Assembly (NCBI GenBank): GCA_030704615.1
Contig: CM060732.1
Span: forward strand, 9,610,001-9,674,000
From: Takakia lepidozioides
Lineage: Eukaryota; Plantae; Bryophyta
Reading direction: 5' to 3'
Length of the DNA stretch: 64,000 nucleotides
Shown here one piece after another: positions 35,656 through 47,750 of this stretch (position 1 is the first letter of the stretch; every line of letters starts with the position of its first letter). Both the position numbers and the translations under genes were made by a program. The notes below the pieces were generated by a model. That model saw only the letters and a program-made list of their open reading frames with translations, was not told the origin of the DNA and did not search any database.

Positions 35656-37541
35656 AACATGCATTCCAAAGCAGGAGTAGAAAGAAATCAGAGCATAAAC
35701 AAGCCATCACCTCGATGGTTTGCAGAAGAGAAGCCTGCAAAATGGCTCCCAAGACCAACAAACAACAAACACAAAAAGAGTGGATTGCCCAAGCATTTTA
35801 ACAGGTTCATTCACTTCCCTGAGGTCTTAAGATGCGCCGCTGTATCTTAATGATCAATGAAGGGCACAACAAACGATCACAAGCTGAGTAGATCGCCCGC
35901 CAACATGAGAGACAACCGCCACAGGGAAATTGAAGGCACTGCCGCCATTGCGCACCCCAAGAGAGGAAGAAAGTACTGGAATCTTGCCAGAAACCCTGCA
36001 GACCTTAATTACGCAACACCATAGTAATCAAAAGGCCCTGAATCGGGCTCAATGCGCACTCCGCCACCATCCCTCAGTTCCAGCAAACCTTAAGCACGAT
36101 TGTCGTGCAGAAAATTAGGGCAGGGAGGAGATGAAGCTATTTCCCCGCGATTTCATCCGCACGGGATGAGCTCCATCAACAAACGGTTGATAAATCCCGA
36201 TTTTTCATCCCTGTGTCATCCGCCAGGGATGACATCTAGATAGGGATGAAAATCATTTGGCATTCATTAGGATAGAAACCTCATGACCTTATAAACCAAA
36301 GATCCAAGTAGGGTAATTAACCGAAATTAACCAGATTCGGACGTCATCCGTAAAGTAAGAAATCAGCCGGTATGGCTGAATTATGTTAAAGGTAAATCCA
36401 CCATCTGATGACTTCATCATCAGCAGATCATCCAGTATGGACGAAATATCAAGGAAGTTAATTAGGGATTAATTAACATATCTCTGGGTTTAAACCATCG
36501 GGTTTAAAAGAACCAGCCGGATCCATGGAGGGAGGGAGAGAGAGGGAGAGAGAGGGAACCCACCAACCATCCCCCGGTATGGCAGCTCCTCATGGAGTGA
36601 GTGTGGTATGCACTCGCCCCGTAAGGGAGTGCATACCAGACCCCATCACATAAAGGACCTCCCTCTTCTTTGTAGCTTTTATTTCTGGTTACAAAGGAAC
36701 CATAGAAATAAAAAAAAAAGCCTACAATCTCAATTCTCCAAGGTCAAAAAACAAAACAAGTTGTGACAAGCGAAGGTACATCAACACTTACATCAGAATG
36801 TAGAGTTTTAACTTTTACCTTTTAGCTCGCACATGAGCTCTGGTAATGGAAAGAAGAGGCTGATGAAAGAATCCTCAACTCCCAAATTCAGGAAGCAACA
36901 AACATGAAATAAACATTTATCAGCCAATTAGTGTTTATCAGCCCCTTTATTGTTTATCAGTCAAGAATCTGGTTATAGAACCAGTTTTCCCAAGAGGTAC
37001 GAATATTTGTTCTTTAGTCATTGGCAGTAATGTACTGCCTATGATTCAAACAAAACATCTTCCAGCAATAAAATAGAATTGGGTATTTTTTATGGGGGGC
37101 TGCTATTTCATGAGCCATGAGCCATGAGCAGAGTCGTAAGTGTGGAAAAAAACATGAGCAGCACTATTTTCCGGAAATGAGTGTCCGCGGGAATAGGGTT
37201 TAGGGTGCCACGGTCATAGGGGGAGAAGGACCTCCCGATGAAGGAGGTTCGGCAATGTTATTTAGAATTATATATTGAAATGCAATGTTTCGCGAATGGT
37301 AGGGTGGTACTGCTCTGTACAATGGGGGCCCATTTCAGCCTACCAGCCACTTGCAAAATCCACCCACACTCCCAATCCCAAACGAAATGAGCAATGACGC
37401 ATTCTGGGAACGATGGACACAGAATAGAATAAAAAGAGGGCACAATGAGGTTTTTATTGATCCACATGAATTGCATTTGAAGCACGTCTACTGTGCTGAT
37501 TGTGCAATCAAATCTTTAGCCCTGTGCCTACTGAATACAAG

Positions 37542-38105
37542 TCACGTTGTCAATGGGACTTTGACTGCTCTCATAACTAGCTCATGAGTCATGGGGCTCC
37601 TCCATGTAAAGTCGATTGCAGCCGTTGTACCGCCCCTAGTGATGTTCACCACAATGTCCTGCCCTTCAATCATACCACCATCGAATATGGAAATCTTCAC
37701 GTTTTCGTCGTCCACACCAATGCGAATGTCCCCATACAATGGAGAAGAGGAGCGCACTCCTTGAGGAGAATAGGTCTCTCCGATGGAGTCCACCCACATC
37801 CAGTGGCAGCAGTTCCACCGCAACAGCATAGCAGTGCGCCTTCTTCTGCATGGGTGACCGTCGTAGCTGGGAAAATCGGAATCAAGGATGCGCAGGAGCC
37901 ACGGACTCCTCAGACCAAGATCGTCACCCCGCTCGAAGGCGTAGTGGCCTAGGATATACTCAAAAGCCACCAATGTTTCCACAATTGAACCAGTATCTTC
38001 TGTGTAATCTGTGTACCAGATAACAATGTCTCCCGATGTGGCCGAATACATTGCATAATCGATGCCTCCAAATGGGCAGTCGTCCCGGTTCCGGAAGCAC
38101 GGCAT
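37542..38105 (-). CDS. Unknown protein, paralog 1 (~187 aa)
   Basis: MPCFRNRDDCPFGGIDYAMY..SGDIVIW..PWLLRILD..RWNCCHW..PLYGDIR..DGGMIEGQDIVV aligns end to end with 38661-39239. Confidence 0.75.
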   Translation of the reverse strand: MPCFRNRDDCPFGGIDYAMYSATSGDIVIWYTDYTEDTGSIVETLVAFEYILGHYAFERGDDLGLRSPWLLRILDSDFPSYDGHPCRRRRTAMLLRWNCCHWMWVDSIGETYSPQGVRSSSPLYGDIRIGVDDENVKISIFDGGMIEGQDIVVNITRGGTTAAIDFTWRSPMTHELVMRAVKVPLTT

Positions 38106-38660
38106 CCTTGCAAAGGAGGACCTGAGGACGACTTGGATGCAGATGACAATGACCTTGCGGACAGCTACGAAGCCCTTAGATTTTGGAAATGATGCGAAGC
38201 GGAAGAGCAGTCCGGCCTCCAATAATGGAGCATCTGGGTCCCACGTACCCATCGACGGAGGTGGAACGTGTTCATCACGCCGGCGGTGGATGAACCCATA
38301 CATCTTTCTCATCAACAAGTTATAGTTTGAGATTTGCCACCGAAGTCCATCCCCCGGATGGAAATTCGGCGCCGCATTTACATCGAAGAGGGGATGGACT
38401 TCGTCGTGTCCAGTGGCTATCGGCCCACCTGGCAGTGAGTGCCCATAGTTTGCATGGCAGGGTAGGAAACTGAAACGGCTACATTCATGAAGCAGCCAAT
38501 CTTCATCGGTCCAGGATCCTGTAGGGGGGAAATTTAAATGTGCCCTGGAGTGTTTGTGAGGAATTACAGCGTTAGCTTGAACTTTTTCCAGCCACCGCGC
38601 TGCTCCTCCTCCATCCGGGAGCTGCTGTCATTGAGCGTACTCCGCTACTCTTTTTCAAGG

Positions 38661-39239
38661 ATGCCGTGCCGCCGAAATCCAGCCGACTGCCCTTATCATG
38701 GCCACGATTATGCTATGTTCAAACCAGAATCAGGAGACATCATTGTCTGGCTCTCTGTTTTCACAGACGCTGCTGGAATCAAGCAAGAGTCTTTGCGCGC
38801 AATGGAGTATCTGGAGGGCTATTACCGCTTTGAGCGAGGTGAGGGCGAGGGTCAATGCGGTCCGTGGGTCTTGAAAATTGTTGACCTCGATATACCAAGC
38901 TGGAAAGGGATGCCGGACAGATCACGCACGACCTCGCTTTGGCGCTGGAACTGCTGCCAGTGGACCAGGGAGGACGGCACCGGGGAAAACTATATACGTG
39001 CAGATCACTCCGCTCTTCCAGTGTATGGAGACATTCGGCTGAGTTGCGAAGACGAATCGCACGGGCACATGAGGCCCACAGTGACCTTGTCAATGTATGA
39101 TGGTGGTATCATTGATGGACATGACATTGTCGTCGGCTCCAGCAAGGGCAGCAGAACGACCGAATTGCAGTTTACCTCGAGGTGCCGCAACAGTGATGAG
39201 CTTGTTTTGAGGGGTATCGAAGTTCCGTCGACTTGGTGA
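38661..39239 (+). CDS. Unknown protein, paralog 2 (~192 aa)
   Basis: MPCRRNPADCPYHGHDYAMF..SGDIIVW..PWVLKIVD..RWNCCQW..PVYGDIR..DGGIIDGHDIVV. Confidence 0.75.
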   Translation: MPCRRNPADCPYHGHDYAMFKPESGDIIVWLSVFTDAAGIKQESLRAMEYLEGYYRFERGEGEGQCGPWVLKIVDLDIPSWKGMPDRSRTTSLWRWNCCQWTREDGTGENYIRADHSALPVYGDIRLSCEDESHGHMRPTVTLSMYDGGIIDGHDIVVGSSKGSRTTELQFTSRCRNSDELVLRGIEVPSTW

Positions 39240-39479
39240 AGCCCATGTAGAAGGAGGAAGGGCTTAGTTTTGTCTGCAGTTGGTAAATGTGAGACATCGT
39301 GTCCGATCAATAAACCCATCGTACCTCACTTCTGTATGATTGTGTTTCATTCTGTTGAATAACTATCGGAATTGGCCCACTGTTTACAATTTGATGTCTC
39401 ATTTCTACAATGTGTCTGTCCGGATGAATATAGCAGAGTAATCGGTATGAGAGTCATGTGTCAAGAATATACCAAAGTA

Positions 39480-40300
39480 ACGCCATGTCGGACATTGAAA
39501 TGCGGCACCGCATTTCCATGTCGGCATCGAAATGCGGCACCACATTTCCATGTCGGACAAGGAAATGCGGTGCCGAATTTCCATGCCGACATGGAAATGT
39601 ATGAACCGCATTTCAGTGTCGGACAATGAAATGCGGTCCATCATTTCCGTCTAGGTACACGAAATACCAACACGGGTCTATAAATTGGACAGACAACGAG
39701 GTTGGCATTGCAAATGCGGCGACGCATTTCCAGCTTGGCAATGGAAACTTCTTTTTGGACAAGGGAATGCGGTGCCGCATTTCCGTCCAACACTTCGAAA
39801 AGTGTGACATTTCCGACCAGCGCGATGGAATGCGTTACCGCATTTCCGTGAGAGGGTCTGCAAATGGACAAATTGCGATGTCCGTTCTGGAAATGCGGCG
39901 CCGCATTTCCATGTCCGTCATCGACTTTTTTTTTACAATGGAATGCGGTGCCAATTTTTGCTGATGGGCCTGCAGTTCGAACAACGACCATCCCCAATAT
40001 GGAAATGCGGCACCGCATTTCCAATTCCGCCATCTCGACCTCCTTGTTCGACCTCCTTGTTCGACCTCTGTAAGCGTGGTGGCATCCATGCAATGAGCGG
40101 GAGAGGCCAAAACTGGCGTGTGGACAAAGGAAATTTTGGAAATGCGGCACCGCATTTCCAATCGGCCGATTACTTTTTACTATGCCAACATTGAAATGGA
40201 AAATTTAGTCCCTCCCCTGTTTTGGAAATGTAGTGCCGCATTTCCAAAAGAGGTTCTTAGAGTTGCCAAAATTTTGGAAATGCGGTGCCCCATTTCTGAT
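39480..40300. repeat. Dispersed array of the subfamily-B palindrome
   Basis: About 14 imperfect GGAAATGCGGYRCCGCATTTCC separated by mostly unrelated spacers. Confidence 0.85.
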
Positions 40301-40433
40301 TTTGGGAGCGTCGTGGTTTGGGCGATTGTGTGGCTGGAATGCACACTGGAGAGGGGTCACGAATGTCGGGCAGAATTTCCTTTATATACTCTGGAAGAGA
40401 ATTTACATTTACAGAGACTGCATTAAAATTCTA

Positions 40434-43400
40434 TTAATCTTGAAAATCATCCGAATCCTCATCATGTTCTAGACTGTCCTGCTCCGCCTCCACCCCCTCA
40501 GTGCCTTTCTCATCTCCAGCGGACTGCTCGTTGGCCAGGCTTTCAAAAATCCCATCTTCCCCTTGCGGAACTGTCCATCTCACCTCCGTTGGGTCGTCTT
40601 CCTCCCTGTCTGCGTCGCTCTCATCCGCTGAATCACATATGTACTTTCGTACCCGTCTACCTGTCTGAGCTGCTGCCAACTCTTTCCTTATCCTTCTGTC
40701 CTCCCTAGCCCTCTCCAAAATCTGCTCTACTTTACTGGGATTCTCACTTCTTCTAATCGCTGTATTTGCGAGTTTAGCTGCATAACTAGGAAGGGAGTAG
40801 TCCCTCACCGGGCTCGTCATGAAGTCGGCCCTCGCAAAGAACGGGACATTCTTCCTGGCAGGAAGTGTAGGCCCTACATGTTTCGACCCGGACCCTGCAA
40901 TCCTGCACATGACAATCATCAACGAGACTAATGAGAACCACAGTCGGGAAATTCGTTTGACAAAAATGACCCAGAAGGCTTTGCAAACTTACAATGTTTG
41001 CACTCACTCGTATTCCGGGTTCTCCTCCGCATCAATGTCCACTCTGTCTTCCTCGGACTCCAACGAATCCGAGGAGACTTCCGCTCTGTTGGGAGCCTTA
41101 ACATTCCGTTGCAGCCCTTCCAGATGGGATCCCCACACGGATGAATCCTCCTCGTAGGCAAAGAGGTGCCGGTCGGAAAACCGCCCAGCCCACATTGAGG
41201 CACCTGTTACAATGCCATCCACACATTACCACATGGCGCTTCAGATGTTGCGAACTACATCCTAACGAGAATTTGCAGAACAGCATAGATCAAGATTCTG
41301 CATACCTGTCCCACAGATGAGGTCGAGCACTGTGCCCTCCACGTCTGTGCATGTCTCCATAATTGTCTGAATGAAGGCAGGGCTCCGAGTCCGTGAGTAC
41401 CGCAGGGGTTCCGTTGAAGTGAGGCTGTGAGGGAGAAGTTCCTTGGGAACGTTGTTGAACAGAACGTCGTAATCGAGGGGGTCGCAGTTCGGGTCAACCT
41501 TTCCTCCCTCCTTCCGGAAAGCAAAGGTGGAGTTCTCCTTCACAAAGCAGTATGCATCGAACTGCTTCGTCTGCATACACAGGGGGGAACGATTAGAAAC
41601 CGAATGCGGCACCGCATTTGAAAACACCCAAGCAAATGAATGGACGAGTGCCAGTGTCGTAATCACCTTCTTCCCTTCCGACCGAAGGCCCAGTGTGTTG
41701 ATGCACGTCCACTTCTTTTTCAGAATCGGGACGGCGCTCTTGCGGGGTCCACTTCGCAATTCCTGTCTGAGTGTTTTTTCCTTTGCTCGCCAGGACAACC
41801 ACACAGCCTCTGTCGTCCAACACCATGCGGGCAAGCCCGAATCCTTTCTTCCAAAAGTCCTCCGAGTACCTGTTCCAAGATGGCAAAGCTTGCAGTCCTT
41901 CCACAGGCTCTCCGTCCGGAATATCCAAGATGATCATATCGCAAGACCACTCGGTGGCATTTCCGCCCCTCCTACAATCCTTGTCTGCACACACCCTCTC
42001 AAAGAACGAGACCATATTCTGAAATCCTGGGGTGTCGGAAGGCTCTTCGGCATTTGCCTTCTTCAGTGCTCTGCCCTTCAGACCCTCCATGGTCTTCATG
42101 TATGCCAACTTGGCTGCCCGTCCATCCAAAGCCGCCAAGAAACTCTCATTTACACACTGGACTACTGTTTCGGGAGCCACTTTTGGCCTCTTCATTTCCA
42201 CCGGCTCGAAAGGGTGCCCCCCTGGGGGGTTGAAGAGTGCCTTCTTTGCCGAGCCAGTTCTCGTGCCTCTCGTGACAACGGTGGGCACAGGGGAGGCAGC
42301 TTGCGTTTGGGGGGGTGGGCTGGTTGCAAAGTCTCCATCGGAGTCCTCTTCCTCATCCTCTTCCTGAACAGGCTGTTTCTGCTTCTTCGTTTTGGCGGGT
42401 GTCACAACAGCTGCTCCTTGCTGGCGAGTCCTCTTCTTCGACCCCTTCTGTTGGCCTGCACAGCTGCATCCACCGTCTTTTGTGCCATCTCAGCTGCCTT
42501 TCTGGATTCTTCCAGAGCAGCAGATTCCTTTGCCGACTTTGGCCCAGCAGGGACACGTCTTTCCTTTCTCTTCTCTTCTGCCAAGGTGTGCAGATCTTTC
42601 TCAGACTCGTCAACAATACCGCCAGACATGTCCAGGTACCACGGGCATCCAACGAGATGCGCGGGATGCCATTGTTTCTACATATCGGGTGTGTAGACAC
42701 AGCTTGGGCCCGCCACGGTCCAAGCCATGAAGAACGGGGGCTCTTCAGCCAGGGCCCCTGTCTGAAGGAGCACGTATTTCATATACCTGCAAGGCAGTCA
42801 GCATGCGTGAGCAAAAGTTGAGACCAACCTACTCGCAGAGTGCCACCGAAAACATAAAATGCGAATGCAGTGCCGCATTTCCGAGACAAACCTCGTAACC
42901 AGGCTTCGCATACAAGGGCAGCTGTGCTTCACCTGTAAACAATTTGCATTGCAGCTTTCCCCGCTCCCTCCTGATGTGTAAACTCCACGCTCCTTCTTGC
43001 TGTCTGTAGCTCTCTGGCGAAAAGGTTATCCTTGTACGCACATCTGAAACGTGTCACGTAGTCTTCCAATGTCTGTGTTCCATCCCATTTGACGTACAAG
43101 CCAAACGAATTTGTGTGCATTACGACTTGCTCCTTCGCATTCGACATTACCTGCGATTCCCAAATGCATTGTCACGTAGCAGTTCAGGGAATTCATTTCA
43201 GAAAAGCAAATCTGGGGAAGTACCTTGAATTACCTGGAACCACCAAGTCATGCGGTTGAGCCACACATCCACTGTAGGGTCGGAAACTTCGAGTGGAAAA
43301 GGGCACATTGTCCTTATGCTCTCGGATGCATTCCAGATCGACAGCCACCGTGTCTGCCATTTCCGATCCAATGTCAGGAGCTGGAAGAGAGTGGCTATTG

Positions 43401-45644
43401 CTAGGAAGGAACTTCAGTGCATTGAAACCTCACCTTCTCTTTCGCCTCCACACATGCCGTTGAGAGGTGATGCAGTTTCTCCAATTGCATGGTCGGCTGC
43501 ATGGCCCGAGAATAGTGTTTTGCAATCTCGGGGATGAAGTCCTTTCCAAGTGCCGGATCTGCAATTGCCACCAGCTTCACAAGCTTTGACTTGTATTTGG
43601 TTCTGGACTTGACACCGGCTTCCTTCAAGTGCTCAGTCAATGACTGCAACGTTTTCACCTGCCCCTCACTTTCCATGAAGAAGCGTTTGGCATGGGCCAA
43701 ATCCAGCTTGATGTTTGACTGCCAACAAAAACATGCAGAAGCGTTACATTCGATTCATGTGGAAAGATTACTGGAAATTGGGGAAGGATGAGCAGAGGGA
43801 AATGGGAGGACGACTTACTTCGTATATCACCTCCACCATCCCATCCATAGTGAGACGATACCATGTCCGGTCTGTTTTTGCAACGGCTTTCTGAATGAGC
43901 TCGGGCTCCAGCATTTCCGCAAACATCTGCGGATCAGTGAGACCTGTTTTCCTCACCCTGTACAGCATATGTGCCATGTGGGTATGCACGTACGCATTCT
44001 CAGTGACCCTGCAAGGCACTCTCTCCAGTTCAGTACACGGAAGCACGGAAACAAACCAGAATGGAAACCGAAATGCGGCACCGCATTTCGAACGTGCTAG
44101 GGAGGGTATGAGTATCTTACGAGTTGAGGTCCGCCATGGCATTCTTGAGCAGGGAGGAGTCTGCCGCCTTCACCTTCAGGATGACACACTCCACCATGTA
44201 ATGCCAGCCAATGTGCTTGGCATGGTTCTGCTTGATGTACTCCCACCAGGCAAGAAGTCGGTGATTCCCGTCCCACACAAAGAACATTTTACCCGACATA
44301 TGGCCGAAGTCTGGATCACCCTTCAGCGTCGCCTCAAATTTGTCGTTGCGAGTGTGCCAGTGGGTATCCCATGTTGACAATTCATCGGTAGTGGGTCCAC
44401 GAGTTTCGCCGTCCTCATTCTCAATGGAAACGTAAAACGCTGCCGATCCCATACGGTACCCTTCTCGAAATGCAAACTTCAGCTTATCCACATCTCCGGG
44501 AAGGGCCTGCCTGACGATGGGAAGGGAGACCATGCGACAGAGTGGGATTCGAAGAGTCCGCTGGAATACCCTGCTGCCCAGAACTCTGCCAATGCTACTG
44601 TGTGTCTCCTCCAACATTTTATCCGCTGCACTTTTGAAATCCTCCGGAGACATGTCTGTAGGTGCCGGTAGTGGCTGAGCAGCTGGAGCATCCTCAACTG
44701 GAGCTACACTCTGGGGCCTGTGTGCGGGCAATTCTGCCATTGCAGAGGCCTCCTCCGGGCCTGCTTGCTCATCGATGGTGAGGTCTGGCTGCGAACGTTC
44801 AGCGGCAGCACCCTCCTTTGGTACCAAATCAACAAAAACGGTCGATCCCATTGCCTTCGCTGCAGCAGAGACGGCCCCAACATCTGCAGGCGGGAAATCC
44901 TCCAGGAACTGAGCTTCAGCTCGTGGAAGCGGTTTTGCGGGAGATTGTTCGGCCGTCGCCCTGATTGCCTTCTGCTTCCTCATCCTTGCAGGTGAAGGTG
45001 TCTGCTGCAACTGAATCTGTCTTTTACCCTGCTGCTTCATTCGCGTTGGGGGGGGTGAATCGGCCTGAGCCGGTTCAGAAGCCAGTAGAGGGACGGGCTG
45101 CTTCTTCTTCGACTTTGCTGGAGAAGGGCCCGACCCCTGCTGGCGATTCTCCATGACCGAAGAACGCGAGTCGATCTCTGGGGCTTTGAACTTGCCCTTC
45201 GAAGCCGCGTCTTTGAATCGCACAGGGCTAGGCCCGGCAGGAATACCCGCGCTCGGGGATCGGGTGGGTGTACGTGCTGCAGCTAGTTCCTCGGACTCTT
45301 CCTGCGGCTCTTCGGATTCCTGCGATCCCTCCAGCACGTCCACCTTTCCTGTTAGGCATGCAAACATGTTCTGCATTCAAGTCTCCTAGCATTCAGTCTA
45401 AGAATTACAGAAGCAAAATGGGGGGTTCGGTGCTCGATCAGCTGCGCGCAGCCCGATCGCATGGAGCTCTCACTGGTGGCTGGGTTGCCTGAGTGGCCTG
45501 CTGCTCGGAGATGGCAATCTCCTCCTGTAGACGCATCTGCTTCCTCCCCTTCGGCATTGGCCTACGTCCGAAGTATAATTTCCGGAGCTTGCGACGAGGT
45601 CTCCTGGCTGGTGCACGAACTCCCCCCCTCTCAGGTTCGAGCAT
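40434..45644 (-). pseudogene. ParB/Srx plus N4/N6 methyltransferase-fold gene, subfamily B (a few lesions)
   Basis: MFFVWDGNHRLLAW, CDMIILDIPDG, RMVLDDRGCVVV, RTRSPAFIQTIMETCTDVEGTVLDLICGTG/ASMWAG..DRHLFAYE. Same intron positions as copy A. In-frame TAG near 42680 and frameshifts near 42410 and 41750. Confidence 0.85.
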
Positions 45645-45994
45645 AAGAAGAACAGAGAGAGGGAAAAGGGGCAAAGAGTGCAGATGGAAAGGGCGCGAGA
45701 GGGGTGACTGAGGAGACACAACAAAAGTAGATGAAACGGCGGTGATGCACCACTTGGGTTTGAAAGGGTTGGACGAAAGTGTCTCCTCGTGGACTTTGCG
45801 TCATTATGAAATTCGAATCGTTCAGGGTACGTCTGCCGTCCGAAAAACAAACATCATTATCCAACGGTCAGGCCGCGCCGCCTCATGCCACTTCAGTCAG
45901 ATAGAGTGCCGACATGTGCAGCAATTCCGTTACTCCACGTGTTCACATTTCAAGGCATTTCCGTCCCAGCGTCTGATGAGTTGGAGTGAAAATG

Positions 45995-47450
45995 CGAATG
46001 CGGCGCCGCATTTCCGTTAAGTACCATCACGAAGCTACACATCCGTACTTGTTGGAAGAAAATGCGGCACCGCATTTCCGTTCCACCTTCACATACCTTA
46101 GTTGTTGAACGGAAATACGGTGCCGCATTTCCGTCCCACAGCTCCATGTATGAGATACAAAAGGGAAATGCGGCGCCGCATTTCCGTTCTGGAATGTCGA
46201 AAGGTGCGATTCGGACGGAAATGAGGCACAACATTTCAGTTCCCGTGGTTCATGATTTTCAATGTGAACGGAAATGCCGTACCGCATTTCCGTTCCCCCT
46301 TCACATACGTTAGTAGATGAACGGAAATGCCGTGCCACATTTCCATTCGGGAAAGTATAGAGGTCTCACCTGAACAGAAATGCGGTGCCGTATTTCCGGT
46401 CTGGAAAGTTTGAAGGTCTCACATGGATGGAAATGCGGCACCACATTTCCGTCCCACAGCTCCAGGGCTCATATACAAAACGGAAATGCGGCGCCGCATT
46501 TCCGTTCTAGAATGTCGGAAGGTGCGACTCGGACGGAAATGCGGTGCCGCATTTCTGTTCCCGTTGCTCACGATTTTCAGTCAGAACGGAAATGCGGTAC
46601 CGCATTTCCGTTCTGTAGAGTATTAACGTCTGACGCTGGCGGAAATGCTGTGCCGCATTTTCGTTCCACAGCTCCATGCCTCACATACAAAACGGAAATG
46701 CGGCGCCGCATTTCCGTTTTGGAATGCGGTACCGCATTTCAGTTCCGATGTTTCAGGATATTTCATCAGAACGGAAATGCGGCACCGCATTTCCGTTCTG
46801 GAATGTTGGGAGGTGCGACTCGGATGGAAATGCGCTGCCGCATTTCAGTTCCGATGGTTCACGATTTTCAGTCAGAACGGAGATGCGGTACCGCATTTCC
46901 GTTCTGGATAGTATGAATGTCTCAAGCGGTCGGAATCGCACTCGGCTCCATGCATTAGATACAAAATGGAAATGCGGCGCCGCATTTCCGTTCTGGAATG
47001 TCGGAAAGTGCGACTCCGACAGAAATGCGGTGCCGCATTTCTGTTCCCGTTGTTCATAATTCTCAATCAGAACGGAAATGCGGTACCGCATTTCCGTTCT
47101 GGAGAGTATGAATGTCTTTTAAGGACGGAAATGTGCTGCAACATTTCTATCCCTCAGCTCCATGCATCAGATACAAAATGGAAATGCGGCGCCGCATTTC
47201 TGTTCGGGAATGTCGGAAAAGTGCGACTCGGACGGAAATGCGGTACCGCATTTCCGTTCCACCTTCACATACCGTGCTTGCTGGATGGAAATGCGTTACC
47301 GCATTTCCGTTCTGGAGAGTATAAAGGTTTCCCCCGGACGGAAACTCGGTGCCGCATTTCCGTCGCTCTGGTGCATGACCAAGAAGCAATACGGAAATGC
47401 GGCGCCGTATTTCCGTCCACCAGCAATCGAAAGAATCACTCGGGACGGGA
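45995..47450. repeat. Array of the subfamily-B palindrome upstream of the gene
   Basis: About 25 copies of ACGGAAATGCGGYRCCGCATTTCCGT, with spacers that recur in a higher-order cycle (e.g. TCTGGAATGTCGGAAGGTGCGACTCGG). Confidence 0.92.
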
Positions 47451-47750
47451 AATCTGGAACCTCAATGGGTTGCATTGTTCCGAAACAACATTGCGGCCAG
47501 TCTTGATGAGCACAACTTGGTTGTCTGACCGTTTTAACTAAGAGTACTGGCACTTGTCAGTGCGAACGTTCCTGTCTGCACCGAGAATACTGCTGGATCC
47601 ACCCTCAGGAGAAACGGTCAGGAGATGTTATTTCGTCGCCGAATCGGCCATCATTGTCATACTTACTGGGTATGGAATCAAACCTCCCACCTGCATGCAT
47701 GTAGCTTGAAACAATACTTTCCACTTCAATGTGCGACTTCCAATCGTCGA

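Larger units (their letters stand above)
37095..47750. mobile_element. Mutator-like element B (other end probably in or beyond the gap)
   Basis: Starts GGGGGCTGCTATTTCATGAGCCATGAGC, with subterminal GGAATAGGGTTTAGG similar to the A1 end. Carries a ParB-MTase homolog pointing toward this TIR, as in A1. Confidence 0.8.

Noticed and set aside
36604-36638. Helitron 3' hairpin or rho-independent terminator
   Set aside because: No CTRR terminus at the expected distance on either strand, and no U-tract.
41527-42696. 389-aa plus-strand ORF and similar antisense ORFs
   Set aside because: Shadows of the GC-rich minus-strand ParB-MTase exons, with no motifs of their own.
45995-47450. CRISPR array (palindromic repeats with ~30-45 bp spacers; also 39480-40300)
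   Set aside because: Repeats are degenerate, spacers recur in a higher-order cycle or vary in length, there are no cas genes, and the context is eukaryotic.
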